64,000 nt of DNA from an uncultured delta proteobacterium (GCA_963755125.1 CAVWIP010000010.1:320001-384000); one strand, 5' to 3'; counted from the first letter of the stretch, positions 27,433 through 38,467 are shown. The notes: generated from the letters alone by a model not told the origin. Program-made: numbers and translations.

Positions 27433-28347
27433 ATGGGCGCACCCGATCGGAAGTTCCATGAACATTTCCACGGCGCTCGCTCGGCGTTGGCGGTTTTTCT
27501 GGCCGCGACCCTGGCTTCCTGGCCGGCCCAGGCGCAGCCGCCGGCTCCGGCACCTTCTGCGCCACCGGCAGCTCCAGTGCCCGCGCCGCCAGCCGGACCC
27601 GTGGCCCCATCCCAGCCCTACGCGCCTGGGTTTCCGCCCGCCCCCGATCCCTGGCTGCAAAGTCCACCAGCCGGCGTTCCCGGTCCGACGCCCGCCAGCC
27701 CCGGTCCAGCCGTGGGCATGCCCGTTCCGCCCGCCTATCCATCACCCTATCAGTCAGCAGCCGGCTGGCCCTATCAGGCGCCGATGCCCAATCCCTACGG
27801 CCCCGGCGGTGTCTACGTAGAGGTGCGAACCTCTTCCAGCAACGTGCGCATCGACCGCGTACTCGCACCGGGCAGCACCATGACGGTGTGCTTTGCCCCT
27901 TGCCGCAAGATCTTGCCTCGCAACAGTGTCTACGTCATTAGCGGCGATGGCGTGCGCAGTACCTCCAACTTCATCCTGCCCGACGATCGCGATCGGATTA
28001 TCCTCGACGTGAAAGCCGGCTCGACCTGGCAGGGGTTGGGCGGAGGCGTGCTTGTGGGCCTAGGCGTAGTGGTCACCTATGTCGGATTGGGACTGCTCCT
28101 CGTGGGCACCTCGACTGGCACTGACAGCGATGTGTACTCAACCAGCAGCAGCAAATCAGGTTCGCTAACGACCGCCGGCGGAGTCATGCTGGCCGGCGGG
28201 ATCCTGGCTGGCCTGCTGGGGCTGTATCTGCTCAGCGATTCGCACACCAGCGTGAAGAGCAGCACGGGCGCACAGTTCAGCGGCACCCCTGCCCCGCCCC
28301 GCAAGCGCGCGCGCTTCGCGCTGACCGCGCGCGGGCTGGAGTTCTGA
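27433..28347 (+). CDS. Pro-rich exported/membrane hypothetical protein
   Basis: Signal peptide (AQA-Q), Pro-rich linker, CxxPC beta-domain, two C-terminal TM helices. TACAAT-N7-ATG supports start 27433. Confidence 0.7.
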   Translation: MGAPDRKFHEHFHGARSALAVFLAATLASWPAQAQPPAPAPSAPPAAPVPAPPAGPVAPSQPYAPGFPPAPDPWLQSPPAGVPGPTPASPGPAVGMPVPPAYPSPYQSAAGWPYQAPMPNPYGPGGVYVEVRTSSSNVRIDRVLAPGSTMTVCFAPCRKILPRNSVYVISGDGVRSTSNFILPDDRDRIILDVKAGSTWQGLGGGVLVGLGVVVTYVGLGLLLVGTSTGTDSDVYSTSSSKSGSLTTAGGVMLAGGILAGLLGLYLLSDSHTSVKSSTGAQFSGTPAPPRKRARFALTARGLEF

Positions 28348-28409
28348 CACCGTCGTCGGATTCCTCAGTTCTCTGCGCAGCGGGTTTTCCGGGCTAGACT
28401 TGCGCCATC

Positions 28410-29519
28410 TTGGACCCAACCGCGCCAGCCACGTCTGCGAGCCTGCGTGACCGCCTGCTCGCCGCGCTCGCCAACCCAGGCGCCGGTCACACCGCCGACC
28501 GAGCCACCTTGATGGCGGTCCAGGATCACCTGGCCGTCCTCGAGTGGCCCGACGAAGGCAGGGGCCTGGTGGTGCTGGACCATGCCGGGACCAGCCCCGA
28601 GAGTTTTCGTGCTGCCGTCGACCGGGTTCTGCAGGCGCACCAAGCCGGCTTGCTCTTCCTGGTGGCAGTGGGCGGCGGCGACCAAGCGCAGGCCGCCCTG
28701 GCGGACGCCGATCGCGACGCGCACAACCAGGACCATCTCGGCGTGTACCAACTCACCGACGACGGGCGGCTGCTGCGCGTGGCCGGACGCCGGCTGGCAC
28801 CCTTGGAATCAGCCGTCGAGCGGCTCGGCCAAGCCCAGGCACTGACCCCCGATGAGATTTCCGAGATCATCGAGCGCGGCCGGCGCGAACGCGTGGAGGC
28901 CAGCGCCTTTGCCCAAGCCGTATCCAAGCGCTCTCCCCGCATCACCTTCGCCCTCATCGCCGCGTGTTTCCTGGTCTTCGCTTTATTGGACGGCTCGGGG
29001 GCGCAAGGGGCGGCGGTCAAGGCCTGGCTGAGCGACGGCTCGCGCGAGGTCTGGCAAGGCGAGATCTGGCGCGTCTTCACCTATGCCTTCCTGCACGCCA
29101 ATACCACACACCTTCTGGTCAACATGCTCGCGCTGTACAGCCTGGGCGGGTTTCTCGAAGCGTTGCTGGGAGGTCGGCGCTACCTGGCGGTGTACTGCGC
29201 ATCGGCCGTCGGGGGCGGCATCGCCACCGCGCTCGCAGGCGCCCTGCGCGCGATGATGGGCGGGCCGCCTTCGTACACCGTGGGCGCTTCGGGCGCCATC
29301 TGGGGCCTGATGGGCGCAACCCTCGCGCTGGTGCTCGGCCGACGGCGGGCGCTGCCCCGACTCATCGCGCGCGGGTTGCGCCAGCGGCTGCTTGTGGTTC
29401 TGGTTATCAACGTGGCGCTCTCGTTCCTGCCCGGGATCGATCTGTACGCGCACTTCGGGGGCGGCCTGGTCGGCTTCCTGCTGACTCGCAGCGATCGATT
29501 CAGCCGACCTGCGAACTAG
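28410..29519 (+). CDS. Rhomboid intramembrane serine protease with N-terminal soluble domain
   Basis: WR motif, FLHANTTHLLVN, GASGAIWG, AHFGG. Confidence 0.9.
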   Translation: MDPTAPATSASLRDRLLAALANPGAGHTADRATLMAVQDHLAVLEWPDEGRGLVVLDHAGTSPESFRAAVDRVLQAHQAGLLFLVAVGGGDQAQAALADADRDAHNQDHLGVYQLTDDGRLLRVAGRRLAPLESAVERLGQAQALTPDEISEIIERGRRERVEASAFAQAVSKRSPRITFALIAACFLVFALLDGSGAQGAAVKAWLSDGSREVWQGEIWRVFTYAFLHANTTHLLVNMLALYSLGGFLEALLGGRRYLAVYCASAVGGGIATALAGALRAMMGGPPSYTVGASGAIWGLMGATLALVLGRRRALPRLIARGLRQRLLVVLVINVALSFLPGIDLYAHFGGGLVGFLLTRSDRFSRPAN

Positions 29520-29738
29520 AATGCAAGTGACCTGCTGCAGCATGGGCGATGCCGAGGTCAACGAAATCGTCGAGGATTGGCTTGCCGCCTCCGCCCATCG
29601 CCGCCTGGAGATCGTGGCCCCGCGCATCCAGCAAGTTCCCCGCGGTATGGAGCCATTCTCCTCGCAGATCACGCTGACGCCATCATCGACGACGACCTAC
29701 CTCGAACGGTTCGCGTGATGGGCCACGGCCCATCGCCG

Positions 29739-31721
29739 TTACACATGAACGGCGAAGTAGTCGTGGACCGCGCTGGCCGTCTTGCGGGTCATGCCCGGCG
29801 CTGCCAGCAAATCCTCTAGCGATGCCTCCCGGATCTTCCTCAGGCTGCCGAAGTGACGCAGCAGTTCTCGCTGGCGCGCGGGCCCGATACCGGGAACCAG
29901 GGACAGCGCCGAATGGATGGTGCGCTTCTTGCGCTGGCTGCGATGAAAAGTCACGGCGAAGCGATGGGCCTCGTCGCGCAGGCGCTGCAGGACGAACATC
30001 TCCCCGCTGTTGGGCCGGATGGGGATCGCGTCCTTGGCCTGCGGCAGGAAGACGCGGTCAGGTTGTTGCCCGGCCGGCGCGGCTGCGGCTGGTTTTTCGT
30101 CGGCAGCATCCACGCGCGGCGGAACCGGCGCTTCGCGTTCCTTGGCCAGCGCGATGATGGGCAGGCCCATGCCAGGCCGCACGTCAATGCCGGCGTCACG
30201 CGCCGCTGCCAGGGCCACGCCCAGTTGTCCCTTGCCCCCGTCCACGACCAGCAGATCAGGAAGGCGCCAAGAATCCAGGCTCTCTTCCTGCTGCATGCTC
30301 TCGCGCGCGCGGCGGAACCGGCGCGAAAGCACCTCGTACATGCAGGCAAAATCGTCCGGGCTGTCGGCGTTTCGGATTTTGTAGGTGCGATAGCGCGATT
30401 TCTCCGGCTGGCCGTCCACGAACACCACCAGCGACGCAACCGTCTCGGCGCCCTGGATGTGCGAGATGTCGTAGCACTCGATCACGTGCGGATGCTTGGG
30501 CAGCCCCAGCCGCCGCTGCAGCCGGCCCAGGGTAGCCTGGGCGTCGTCGCGAGCATTGCGCCGGCTGGCGAAGCTGGCAGCCGCGTTCTTGCGCGCCAGC
30601 TCGACCAGCTCGTGCCGTGGCCCGCGTGCCGGCACCAGGATCTCGACCTTCTTGCCGCGCCTGTCGCTCAGCCACTCGGCCTTGACGTCAGCGTCCGCGA
30701 TGGCGAATGGCAACAGCACCTCGTCGGGAGGAATGGGCGCAAGGTCGTAGTGAAGCCCGAGAAAACTCGACAAGATCTCGGCGTCGGGAAACTCCTGGCG
30801 CGTGAAGGAAAAGGCGCGGCTCCCGATCATCTTGCCTTGCCGCACGGACAGCACCACCACCTCGAGCGCCATGCCCTCACGGTGAAAACCGATGACGTCC
30901 TGGTCGAGCCGATCGGCCGACACCACTCGCTGCGACTGCAAGACGCTCTCCAGCGCCTGGATCTGGTCGCGCACCACACTGGCGCGCTCGAACTGGGTCT
31001 GCCGTGCGGCTTCCTGCATGCGCGCACGCAGCCCGGCCAGCAGTTCGTCGTTCTTTCCCTGCAAGAACAACCGCACGTCGCGCACCTGCTCGGCGTAGTC
31101 GTCAGGTGAAACCGGCACGCAGCAGGGGCCGAGACAACGGTTGATCTGACACTGCAGGCAGGGACGGCCGCGGTGGTGCAGAACGCGATCAGTGCAGGTG
31201 CGCAGCCGGAAGTGCCGGTTGACCACGCGCAAGGCTTCCCGGCAGGCGCTGGCCGAGTGGTAGGGGCCGAAGTACCATGCGTCGTCGTCGGCCATGCGCC
31301 GCACGATCTGCAAGCGCGGCCACTCGACCCGTGGGTCCAGACGCAGTGACAAGAAGTTCTTGTCGTCGGTCAGCTTGACGTTGAAGCGCGGCTGATGGCG
31401 CTTGATGAGGGTGTTCTCCAGCAACAGCGCTTCCTTTTCGTTGCCGGTCACCACCGTGTCGATGTCAGCCACCACATTTTCCAAGAGCGGCACGAAGTCA
31501 CGCGTGTCGCCCGAGCCGGGCTGGAAATACTGGCGCACACGGTTGCGCAGATTGGCGGCCTTGCCGATGTACAGCATCTTGCCGCGACGATCCCTCATCA
31601 AATACACGCCAGGCGAACTGGGCAGGCGGTCGAGGACTTCGGCCAGAGGCCTGCGCTCCGGCGCGATCTCCGCATCGCGGAGCTGGCTCGGCTGGCTGGG
31701 GCCTTCGTCACCCTCGGGCAT
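29739..31721 (-). CDS. uvrC: Excinuclease ABC subunit C
   Basis: GIY-YIG (PGVYLM..YIGKA.NLRNRV), ECYDISH, DGGKGQL, RDEAHRFA, HhH GIGP. Confidence 0.97.
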   Translation of the reverse strand: MPEGDEGPSQPSQLRDAEIAPERRPLAEVLDRLPSSPGVYLMRDRRGKMLYIGKAANLRNRVRQYFQPGSGDTRDFVPLLENVVADIDTVVTGNEKEALLLENTLIKRHQPRFNVKLTDDKNFLSLRLDPRVEWPRLQIVRRMADDDAWYFGPYHSASACREALRVVNRHFRLRTCTDRVLHHRGRPCLQCQINRCLGPCCVPVSPDDYAEQVRDVRLFLQGKNDELLAGLRARMQEAARQTQFERASVVRDQIQALESVLQSQRVVSADRLDQDVIGFHREGMALEVVVLSVRQGKMIGSRAFSFTRQEFPDAEILSSFLGLHYDLAPIPPDEVLLPFAIADADVKAEWLSDRRGKKVEILVPARGPRHELVELARKNAAASFASRRNARDDAQATLGRLQRRLGLPKHPHVIECYDISHIQGAETVASLVVFVDGQPEKSRYRTYKIRNADSPDDFACMYEVLSRRFRRARESMQQEESLDSWRLPDLLVVDGGKGQLGVALAAARDAGIDVRPGMGLPIIALAKEREAPVPPRVDAADEKPAAAAPAGQQPDRVFLPQAKDAIPIRPNSGEMFVLQRLRDEAHRFAVTFHRSQRKKRTIHSALSLVPGIGPARQRELLRHFGSLRKIREASLEDLLAAPGMTRKTASAVHDYFAVHV

Positions 31722-31770
31722 CAGGGCAAGCATACCTCGCGTTTGGCCGGTGGTTCACATGGATGCCTCC

Positions 31771-32682
31771 TCACGGTGCCAGGTGTGGGATGCCGGCTGG
31801 GTCCAGTTCGACGGTGGTGATGTCAAGCGCTGGCCGTTCGTCTTTTCCGAAGGTCAGCTTGGCCAGCCAGCCTTTCCACACTGGGGGATCGTACGGGAAA
31901 TAGTCGAACACGAAATTGCCAAGGCTGTAGACGATGGGCCGGTCCTTGTACCACTCCACAGTCTGCGTGACGTGGGAGTGGCCACCGATGATGGCGTCGG
32001 CGCCAGCGTCGATCAGCTTGTGCGCAAGTGCCCGCTGCTCCTGGGCGGGTTTCTCGTCGGACTCCTCCCCCCAGTGCAGGAACAGCAACACGATGTCGGC
32101 CTGTTTGCGTGCGCGTTTGATATCACGAATGGCGTCCTTGTCATCAAGCCAGGCCGTGCCGGGCGTCGAGGCGCCAGCCTCGAATGAACGGGGTGGGAAG
32201 TCGTTGTATCCGAGGAAAGCCACCCGTCGGCCGTTGACCGAGCGTAGCAGGGGCTGGTGCGCAGCCCGCGCATTCGCGCCGGCGCCGAACCAGGGCAGCT
32301 TGGCTTCGCGCAGGAGTTCGAGCTCGCTGGAAAACCCCTTCTTGCCCCAGTCGCCCGAATGGTTGTTGGCCAACGACACGGCCGATAGGTGTTTTTTGAG
32401 CAACGGCAGAGCGCTTACCGGCCCACGGAAGGTGTAGGGCTTGTCGACCGCATGGCCCTCGTTCACGATGGCGCATTCAAGGTTGCCGACGGCAAGGTCA
32501 GCGTCATGCAGCGCGGAGGCGACGCCCGCGAAGGGATCACCACCGATGGTGACAATGTGTCCAGGGCCGCCGTCAAGCATGATGTCGCCCACGAACACGA
32601 TTCGCACGGTGCCCTCCTCCGCCTGCGCGGATTGTCCTGTGAAAAGCAGGAGCGCAAGCGCGGCAAGCGAGATGCGATTCAT
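31771..32682 (-). CDS. CapA-family metallophosphoesterase, secreted
   Basis: VGDIML, GNLE, SLANNHSGD, LHWGEE, IIGGHSHV, YSLGNFVF, signal peptide. Confidence 0.88.
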   Translation of the reverse strand: MNRISLAALALLLFTGQSAQAEEGTVRIVFVGDIMLDGGPGHIVTIGGDPFAGVASALHDADLAVGNLECAIVNEGHAVDKPYTFRGPVSALPLLKKHLSAVSLANNHSGDWGKKGFSSELELLREAKLPWFGAGANARAAHQPLLRSVNGRRVAFLGYNDFPPRSFEAGASTPGTAWLDDKDAIRDIKRARKQADIVLLFLHWGEESDEKPAQEQRALAHKLIDAGADAIIGGHSHVTQTVEWYKDRPIVYSLGNFVFDYFPYDPPVWKGWLAKLTFGKDERPALDITTVELDPAGIPHLAP

Positions 32683-32794
32683 GGCCCAAGCGTAGCCGTG
32701 GCGGCCGGTGCGCGAAAGCGAAAGTGCGGGAACCTCAGCGCCGTTTCGCCGGCATTGCCTTGCGGTGGCCCATGCCCGCGGATAACGTGGGTTC

Positions 32795-33571
32795 ATGAAG
32801 AAGCCCAGGCGAAGTCTGCTGCTGGCCCTGCTGGCCGGCGCGGCCCTGCTGGTTGCCGGGTCGTACTTCGCGGCCCATGCGGCACCACGCCCGGTGGCGT
32901 ACCTGACCTGGTACGGCCAGTCGTGCTTTCTGCTGGAAAGCGCGTCTGGAACGCGCGTGGTGATGGATCCGATTCCCGGCAACATCGGCTACCTGCTGCC
33001 TGCTGACCTGCACGCCGATGCGGTCACGGTCAGTCATGAGCACCCGGACCACAACAACGTGGCCCTGGTGCGGGGCAAGCCCAGGATCCTGCGCGGGCTG
33101 ACGCCCGACAAGAAGGGCTGGATGAAGATCGACGAGAAGGTCAAGGACATCTCCATCCGCTCGGTCGGCGTGTATCACGACGACAAGAAGGGCGCCCAGA
33201 TCGGCCTCAACACCGTGTTCGTGTTTGAAGTGGGCGGCATACGCATCGCTCACCTCGGCGACCTCGGCCACATTCTGACCGATGAACAGATCTCCGCCAT
33301 CGGCTCGGTCGACGTGGTGCTGGTTCCAGTCGGCGGCGTGTGGACCATCGACGCGCACAAGGCCACCGAGGTCGTCGATCAGATTCGCCCGCGTCTGGTG
33401 GCCATCCCGATGCACTACCGCACCGACGCGCTGACCATCAAGGAGCTGGCCACTGTCGACGGCTTCCTCGCCGGCCGATCCAATGTGCGGCGCGAAACCG
33501 GCGCCCGCCTCGCCATCACCGGGCTGCGCTCGCGCCCCTCGGCAGAGACCGTGGTGCTGCGTTACCAGTAG
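32795..33571 (+). CDS. MBL-fold metallo-hydrolase, secreted
   Basis: WYGQSCF, VSHEHPDHN, HLGDLGH, IPMHY. Confidence 0.88.
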   Translation: MKKPRRSLLLALLAGAALLVAGSYFAAHAAPRPVAYLTWYGQSCFLLESASGTRVVMDPIPGNIGYLLPADLHADAVTVSHEHPDHNNVALVRGKPRILRGLTPDKKGWMKIDEKVKDISIRSVGVYHDDKKGAQIGLNTVFVFEVGGIRIAHLGDLGHILTDEQISAIGSVDVVLVPVGGVWTIDAHKATEVVDQIRPRLVAIPMHYRTDALTIKELATVDGFLAGRSNVRRETGARLAITGLRSRPSAETVVLRYQ

Positions 33572-33666
33572 AACGCACCCGGGATTCGGAGAAGCGGGGA
33601 GCGGTGTAGGTGCTCCGAATCCTAGGCTGCACTGACTTCCTCCCAGGCGTGCCATAATCCCCGGCT

Positions 33667-34977
33667 ATGCGGCGTCAATTGCTCTTCCCATCCCGAATCC
33701 TGCTCTTTGCTCTGGCCGGGCTGTGTGCCTTTGCCGGGGGCATGGTGGCCAGTCGACCCAGCAACGCGGGGCGGTTCGACCCGTATCACAAGTTGGGTGT
33801 CTTCACCAAGGTGCTTTCCTACATCGAAAACAACTACGTCGAGGACATCCCCGAGACCGAACTGATGTACGGAGCCGCACGCGGCCTGACCGAAGCCCTG
33901 GATCCCCACTCGCGCTTCATGGATCCCGAGGAATACGACCGACTGAAGAAGGAAACCGAGGGCGACGCCGAGATCACCGGCATCGGCATCGATCTGGAGA
34001 AGCGCAAGCGCGGCTTCGTGGTGGTATCGCCCATCGAGGGCTCGCCCGCCTTTCGCGCCGGCATCGAATCCGGTGACGTGATCGAGCGCATCGACGGCGT
34101 GGAGGCAGGGGCGCTCGACTGGACCGACGCGGTGGCACGCATCCAGGGCCCGGCGGGCAGCGAGGTGGTGATCACCATCAGTCGCCGCGGACGCGAGATG
34201 ACCTTCAAGATCCGGCGCGAGAAGTTCGAGGTCAAGGCGGTGGAATGGCGCATGCTCGACGCCGGCTACGGCTACATCAAGGTCCGCCTGTTCTCGGCCA
34301 TCACCGATGCCAAGGTTTTGGAGGGGCTGCAGGACATCCAGACACGCAGCGCCTCTGCCGGCGGCATCAAGGGCCTCATTCTGGACCTGCGCCACAACCC
34401 CGGTGGGCTGCTCGACCAAGGTGTCAAGGTGGCCGACCGCTTCGTCTCCGAGGGGCTCATCGTGCGCACCGTAGGCAAGGGCGGCAAGGAGATGGACCGG
34501 CAGATGGCGCACACGCGCGGCACCTGGCTGGGCTTCCCCATGGTGGTGCTGGTCAACGGCGCCACCGCGTCGGCGGCCGAGATCGTGGCCGGCGCCCTGC
34601 AAGATCACCAGCGCGCGGTGGTGATGGGCACGCAGACCTTCGGCAAGGGCTCGGTGCAGACGGTGATGACCATCGACGGCTGCGGGGCCAAGCCCTGCGG
34701 GCTCAAGCTCACCGTCTCGCGCTACTACACGCCCAGCGGCCGTTCCATCCAGAGCCAGGGCATCACACCCAACGTGGTCGTGGAGGCCACGGCACCGACA
34801 CCCGACGGGGGCGACGCCGAGATCGTCCGCGAGCGCAACATGGAACGCCACCTGCGCAACGAGCAGGGCGAGAAAGCCGAAGAGCCCAAGCGCCTGACGG
34901 ACCATCAACTGCAGGTCGCGCTTGACTACCTAAAATCGTGGACGGTTTTTTCGAAGCAATCTGTTAAAAAGGGTTAG
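33667..34977 (+). CDS. S41 C-terminal processing peptidase (CtpA/Prc family)
   Basis: LDPHS, PDZ GIG, LDLRHNPGGLL, TASAAEI, TFGKGSVQ. Confidence 0.93.
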   Translation: MRRQLLFPSRILLFALAGLCAFAGGMVASRPSNAGRFDPYHKLGVFTKVLSYIENNYVEDIPETELMYGAARGLTEALDPHSRFMDPEEYDRLKKETEGDAEITGIGIDLEKRKRGFVVVSPIEGSPAFRAGIESGDVIERIDGVEAGALDWTDAVARIQGPAGSEVVITISRRGREMTFKIRREKFEVKAVEWRMLDAGYGYIKVRLFSAITDAKVLEGLQDIQTRSASAGGIKGLILDLRHNPGGLLDQGVKVADRFVSEGLIVRTVGKGGKEMDRQMAHTRGTWLGFPMVVLVNGATASAAEIVAGALQDHQRAVVMGTQTFGKGSVQTVMTIDGCGAKPCGLKLTVSRYYTPSGRSIQSQGITPNVVVEATAPTPDGGDAEIVRERNMERHLRNEQGEKAEEPKRLTDHQLQVALDYLKSWTVFSKQSVKKG

Positions 34978-35020
34978 CTTCGCGACGCCGACCGCGCCGC
35001 ATCAACAAAAGGAGAGCACC

Positions 35021-36094
35021 ATGGTTTCCTGTGCAAAGTGCGGGCACCAGAATCTTCCCAGTTCCATCACTTGCTCCAAGTGCGGTGCTCCGCTGCCCGT
35101 CGCGGTGGCCCCGGCTGGACCGCCGACCATCGACAGCGTGGATGAGTATGCGCGCCTGATGGCGGTGCGCGAGGCGGCCCGCAAGCGCAACCGGATGATC
35201 GGGGTGACCATCGCGGTCGTCGTGGTGGTCGTGTTGGGGTACCTGCAAATGAAGGAACGCAACCGCAAGGCGGTCGCGCAGCAGAAGCTGGACTACGCCG
35301 CGCAGTTCGTCGAGTTGGAGAAGCGCGAGACCGGCGCGTTCTGGAACTGCGTGATGGCCAGTGAGGTTGACGTGGGCATGTTCCAGAAGGCCGAGCAGTT
35401 CCAGCAGCGTATCGAGTCGGCCTACTTCACCCAGCAGAAGACCTTTTCCGACTACCTGACTACCGAGTGCGTGCCCAAGATCGAGCGTGCGCGCCAGGCC
35501 TTCGGTGGGCTGCGCGACGCCCCGGCTGAACTTCAGGGTCCCATCGACAAGTACCGCGAAACCCTGCCCAAGTTGCAGTCGGGCCTGGAGGACTACGCCG
35601 AGAACATCAAGAAGCGCGGCACGGTCAAGGACGTTGACCAGCTCATCCAGGAAACCGGCAACGCCTGGCACTCGACCCCGGACCCCACGCCCGAAGCAGT
35701 GGCTTTCGAGAAGTTCCTCTACTGCGCGGTGCCGGGTCTGGCCAAGATGAAGGATGCCCAGGCGCTGCTTGAGTTCCTCGCCGACCAGTGCTTCAAAAAG
35801 GATCCGGTGGCGTTCATGGACAAGGTGCGCGCCGACTGCGGCAATCTGCTCAATGTTGCGGACAAGGAAGCCAAGGTGAATCCGAAGTCGATCCCCACCT
35901 GGAAGGCCACCCACAAGCAGTTCTTCGAGGACGATGCGCGACAGCTTCAGGCCTGGGAGAGCTGTGGCAAGCGCTCGCGCAAGGGCAAGAAGAAGGAAGA
36001 TCTGGAGAACTTCCTGCTGACCGTCAACGACTACATGGCAGCGCGCGCGGGCGTGGCCAACGCGGCCCGGTCAATACAAGAAGGGGCAAAGTAA
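35021..36094 (+). CDS. Zinc-ribbon, single-TM hypothetical protein
   Basis: CAKC..CSKC N-terminus, TM VTIAVVVVVVLG, Cys-containing helical domain. AGGAG SD. Confidence 0.75.
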   Translation: MVSCAKCGHQNLPSSITCSKCGAPLPVAVAPAGPPTIDSVDEYARLMAVREAARKRNRMIGVTIAVVVVVVLGYLQMKERNRKAVAQQKLDYAAQFVELEKRETGAFWNCVMASEVDVGMFQKAEQFQQRIESAYFTQQKTFSDYLTTECVPKIERARQAFGGLRDAPAELQGPIDKYRETLPKLQSGLEDYAENIKKRGTVKDVDQLIQETGNAWHSTPDPTPEAVAFEKFLYCAVPGLAKMKDAQALLEFLADQCFKKDPVAFMDKVRADCGNLLNVADKEAKVNPKSIPTWKATHKQFFEDDARQLQAWESCGKRSRKGKKKEDLENFLLTVNDYMAARAGVANAARSIQEGAK

Positions 36095-36114
36095 GGGCGA
36101 CCCGGGGTCGCCCT
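36094..36114. terminator. GC-rich hairpin between convergent genes
   Basis: AGGGCGACC-CGG-GGTCGCCCT, a perfect 9-bp stem. No U-tract. Confidence 0.45.
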
Positions 36115-36122
36115 GGTTGCTC

Positions 36123-36674
36123 CTACATCTGCCGCACGTCCACCCATCGCATGCCGGCGCGGCGGGCGGCCTGCAGGCCCAAGTCCGTGTCCTCGTAGAC
36201 AGTGCAGGCCGCGGGATCCACGCCCAGTCTCCGCGCGGCTTCGAGAAACACATCGGGCTCTGGCTTGTGCTGGCGGGTATCCTCTGCCGTGACCACGACG
36301 GGGAACCAGTCGAGCACGCCGATCTGAGCCAGGGTCTTCTCGACCATGCGGCGCTGGCCGCCCGAGGCCACGGCCATGGGTACCTGGCCGCGGTGGGCGC
36401 GCGCAACCTCCACCACCTTCGCGATGGGTCGGACCTCGCTGATCTTGCGCTCGAACGCCGCCGCCTTGTCGCGCACCAGCGCGTTCACGTCGATTCGCGT
36501 GGGGCCACACAGCTCGACCACGATCTTGTCCGTGGGCATGCCGCCCATGGCGTGGAAGCGATCCTCGGGAAAGTCGATGCCATGTGGCCGCAAGACCTCA
36601 AGCCAAGCCTGGTAGTGGGCCGGCATGGTGTCGGCCAGGGTTCCGTCGCAGTCGAAGATGAGAGCCTGAGTCAC
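36123..36674 (-). CDS. HAD phosphatase (beta-PGM/YqaB-like)
   Basis: IFDCDGTLADT, VASGG, HKPEPDVF, YEDTDLG. Confidence 0.9.
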   Translation of the reverse strand: MTQALIFDCDGTLADTMPAHYQAWLEVLRPHGIDFPEDRFHAMGGMPTDKIVVELCGPTRIDVNALVRDKAAAFERKISEVRPIAKVVEVARAHRGQVPMAVASGGQRRMVEKTLAQIGVLDWFPVVVTAEDTRQHKPEPDVFLEAARRLGVDPAACTVYEDTDLGLQAARRAGMRWVDVRQM

Positions 36675-36801
36675 AGCCCTGTCTCATAGCATCTGCGGAC
36701 GCTCGGCGCTCCGTGATGTGCGAGCGCTGGTTTCCGACCCGCGCTTGACGTCGGGGAGCGGGTGTCTACCACTTGTACAGACAAACAAGGAGGAAACGAA
36801 A

Positions 36802-37284
36802 ATGGCAACTCTCATTGTAAGAAACCCGTCGACTGTTTCCACGCGAAGCCGAACCGACGAATGGGCCTGGGATCCGTTCCTCTCCATGCGTGAACTTCTG
36901 GGATGGACACCCTGGACTGCTGCCGACCTGCCGCCAGCAGCGGAGCAGAGTTTCGTGCCACGCTTCGATGTGCATGAAACTGCTGGCGAGATCGTGTTCC
37001 GCGCGGATCTTCCCGGCATCCAGCAGAAGGATCTGGACATCACGCTCACGGCAAATCAGCTACGCATCGCCGGTCGGCGCGAGGCAACGAAACACGAGGA
37101 GAACGAGCACAGCTACCTCGCCGAGCGCGAATACGGCGCCTTCGAGCGCGTCTTCACCCTGCCCGAGGGCGTTGACGGCGAGAAGGTCCAGGCCACCATG
37201 AACGACGGCGTCCTCAGCCTGGTGGTTCCCAAGAAGCCCGAGACCCAGCCGCGTCAGATTCCTATTACCGTCCCAAAAGCGTAA
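36802..37284 (+). CDS. Hsp20/alpha-crystallin small heat-shock protein
   Basis: AGGAGG SD. DLPGI, EREYGAFERVFTLP, DGVLSLVVPK. Confidence 0.93.
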   Translation: MATLIVRNPSTVSTRSRTDEWAWDPFLSMRELLGWTPWTAADLPPAAEQSFVPRFDVHETAGEIVFRADLPGIQQKDLDITLTANQLRIAGRREATKHEENEHSYLAEREYGAFERVFTLPEGVDGEKVQATMNDGVLSLVVPKKPETQPRQIPITVPKA

Positions 37285-37355
37285 TCGGGCGTATTCGGTC
37301 CTGGCTTGCGGCTTTGTCATTGACCGGCTCGGAGAAGGCGCGCTAGGACGCCGAC

Positions 37356-38408
37356 ATGAAGATCGGCTTGGTCGGATTTCCCGGCAGCGGAAAGACAACA
37401 GTGTTCAATGCCCTGACCGGGCTATCCGCGGAAACCGGATACGGCGCTGCCCGCGGCAAGACCAACCTGGGGGTGGTCAAGGTTCCGGACGCGCGCGTCG
37501 ACGCCTTGTCGGACCTGTACAAGCCCAAGAAGACCACCTACGCCGAAATAGCTTTTTCCGATGTTGCGGCGGCGCCGGCCGGTGGCGAGGGCCAGGGGCT
37601 GGACGAGAAGACCCTGGCTGCCATGCGCGAGATGGATGCGCTCTGCCATGTGGTGCGCGGGTTCTCCGGCCCGGAGGGCGAGGCGCCCCGGCCGCTCCAC
37701 GAAGCCAAGGACTTCGAGGTGGAGATGAATCTCGCCGACCTCATACTCATCGAGAAGCGGATCGAGCGACTGAAGAAAGAAAAAGGCAAAGCCGGCGAGC
37801 AAGAGTTGCTGGAAAAGCTAAAGGCGCAGCTTGACGGCGGGTTGCCCTTGCGGCGACTGCAGGGACTCGGCGCGGCCGATTTGGTCGCCATCTCCGGGTT
37901 CCGGTTTCTCACCCTGAAGCCGCTACTACTGGTGCTGAACGTGTCTGAGGCCGAGGTGGCCAAGCCGGCTCCGGCGGACCTGGAAGCGTACGCGCGCGAA
38001 TCCGGCCTGGGGCTTGTGGTGCTGGCCGGCGCCGTGGAAATGGACATCGCGCAGATGTCGCCGGAAGAGCAGAAGGAGTTCGTGGCTTCGCTGGGCCTGA
38101 CCGAGCCCGCGGCCGGGCGCTTCATCCGGGCAGCCTACGCGCTCATCGATCTGATCTCGCTGCTGACCGCAGGCGAGGACGAGTGCCGGGCCTGGCCCAT
38201 TCGCGCCGGAACCACCGCGCAGAAGGCCGCGGGCAAGATCCACTCCGACATCGAACGCGGTTTCATCCGCGCCGAGGTCATGCGCTGGGACGACCTCTGC
38301 AAGCTGGGCAGCGAAGCCAAGTGTCGCGAAGCCGCCAAGCTGCGCTTGGAAGGCAAGGAGTACGTGGTCGCCGACGGAGATGTGATCAACTTCCGTTTCA
38401 ATGTGTGA
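37356..38408 (+). CDS. ychF: Obg-like ATPase YchF
   Basis: [57 protein letters not shown]. Confidence 0.92.
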   Translation: MKIGLVGFPGSGKTTVFNALTGLSAETGYGAARGKTNLGVVKVPDARVDALSDLYKPKKTTYAEIAFSDVAAAPAGGEGQGLDEKTLAAMREMDALCHVVRGFSGPEGEAPRPLHEAKDFEVEMNLADLILIEKRIERLKKEKGKAGEQELLEKLKAQLDGGLPLRRLQGLGAADLVAISGFRFLTLKPLLLVLNVSEAEVAKPAPADLEAYARESGLGLVVLAGAVEMDIAQMSPEEQKEFVASLGLTEPAAGRFIRAAYALIDLISLLTAGEDECRAWPIRAGTTAQKAAGKIHSDIERGFIRAEVMRWDDLCKLGSEAKCREAAKLRLEGKEYVVADGDVINFRFNV

Positions 38409-38449
38409 GAGGCTGGCCGGAGCCCAAAGGCCTCGACCACATCCGGTTA

Positions 38450-38463
38450 ATGGTGTACAACAT
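38450..38463. promoter_or_regulatory. Putative toxin-antitoxin operator palindrome
   Basis: ATGGTGTACAACAT, a near palindrome with a TGTACA core as in YefM-type operators, directly upstream of the antitoxin start. Confidence 0.45.
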
Positions 38464-38467
38464 AGGC

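Noticed and set aside
29521..29718. 65-aa ORF between the rhomboid gene and uvrC
   Set aside because: No SD and no recognisable motif. It could be a gene fragment but cannot be supported.
31771..32682. Poly-gamma-glutamate capsule locus
   Set aside because: Only a stand-alone CapA-family gene is present, with no capB or capC nearby.
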